From positions 1,408 through 25,407 of the forward strand of contig CAYJFY010000020.1 in NCBI GenBank assembly GCA_964369755.1: 24,000 bases of DNA, given 5' to 3'. The notes under the pieces were generated by a model. That model saw only the letters and a list, made by a program, of their open reading frames with translations. It searched no databases and was not told the origin of the DNA. Position 1 is the stretch's first letter; every line of letters begins with the position of its first letter. This document shows, piece after piece, positions 23,940 to 24,000 of the stretch. The stretch is from an uncultured Lachnospiraceae bacterium (GTDB taxonomy: Bacteria > Bacillota > Clostridia > Lachnospirales > Lachnospiraceae). Made by a program: the position numbers and the translations under genes.

Positions 23940-24000
23940 AAAGGAAATGAAAAATTAAGAGAAGCTTTCGAGAACAAGCAAGTTCTAAAAGCAAAGGTAG

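Noticed and set aside
1-24000. CRISPR arrays, tRNA/rRNA genes, IS elements or integrases flanking the island
   Set aside because: No regularly spaced repeats, no cloverleaf-like or rRNA-like conserved stretches, no transposase- or integrase-like ORFs and no obvious terminal inverted or direct repeats were found by eye. Mobility of the island therefore remains unsupported.

Overview
Low-GC Firmicutes (Clostridia-like) chromosomal segment with 23 supported protein-coding genes, 22 of them on the + strand. I found no rRNA, tRNA, CRISPR array, transposase or integrase. (1) 1-839: the 3' end of a choloylglycine-hydrolase-family gene, then a decayed DUF3791/DUF3990 remnant. (2) 840-4229: a four-gene cassette of OmpR-type response regulator, ABC ATPase, ABC-2 permease and histidine kinase. 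Four phased CTTAAC direct repeats lie in front of the transporter genes. (3) About 4.2-15.5 kb: an AT-richer accessory defence island, the most interesting part of the window. It starts at an intrinsic terminator followed by a perfect consensus promoter. It encodes an MqsR-like toxin and a tri-domain antitoxin (MqsA zinc ribbon + XRE HTH + Panacea/DUF4065). Next comes a complete type I R-M system (hsdM, hsdS, hsdR) with two uncharacterised genes tightly coupled into its subunit junctions. One is a 229-aa soluble protein between hsdM and hsdS. The other is a 175-aa SieB-like membrane protein between hsdS and hsdR, the slot PrrC occupies in the classical prr locus. The island continues with a class-II Fic protein, a perfect 19-bp-arm palindrome carrying promoter hexamers on both strands, and a stand-alone P-loop ATPase / winged-helix / PD-(D/E)xK (DUF234-type) protein. 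(4) 15.6-24 kb: signalling and housekeeping genes: MCP, mnmA, a GGDEF cyclase (minus strand), an EamA transporter, an HI0933-like flavoprotein, cmk, ispH and rpsA. The rpsA frame carries an in-frame TAA at 23937-23939, and S1-like sequence continues beyond it. All functional calls rest on motif recognition by eye, because no searches could be run.
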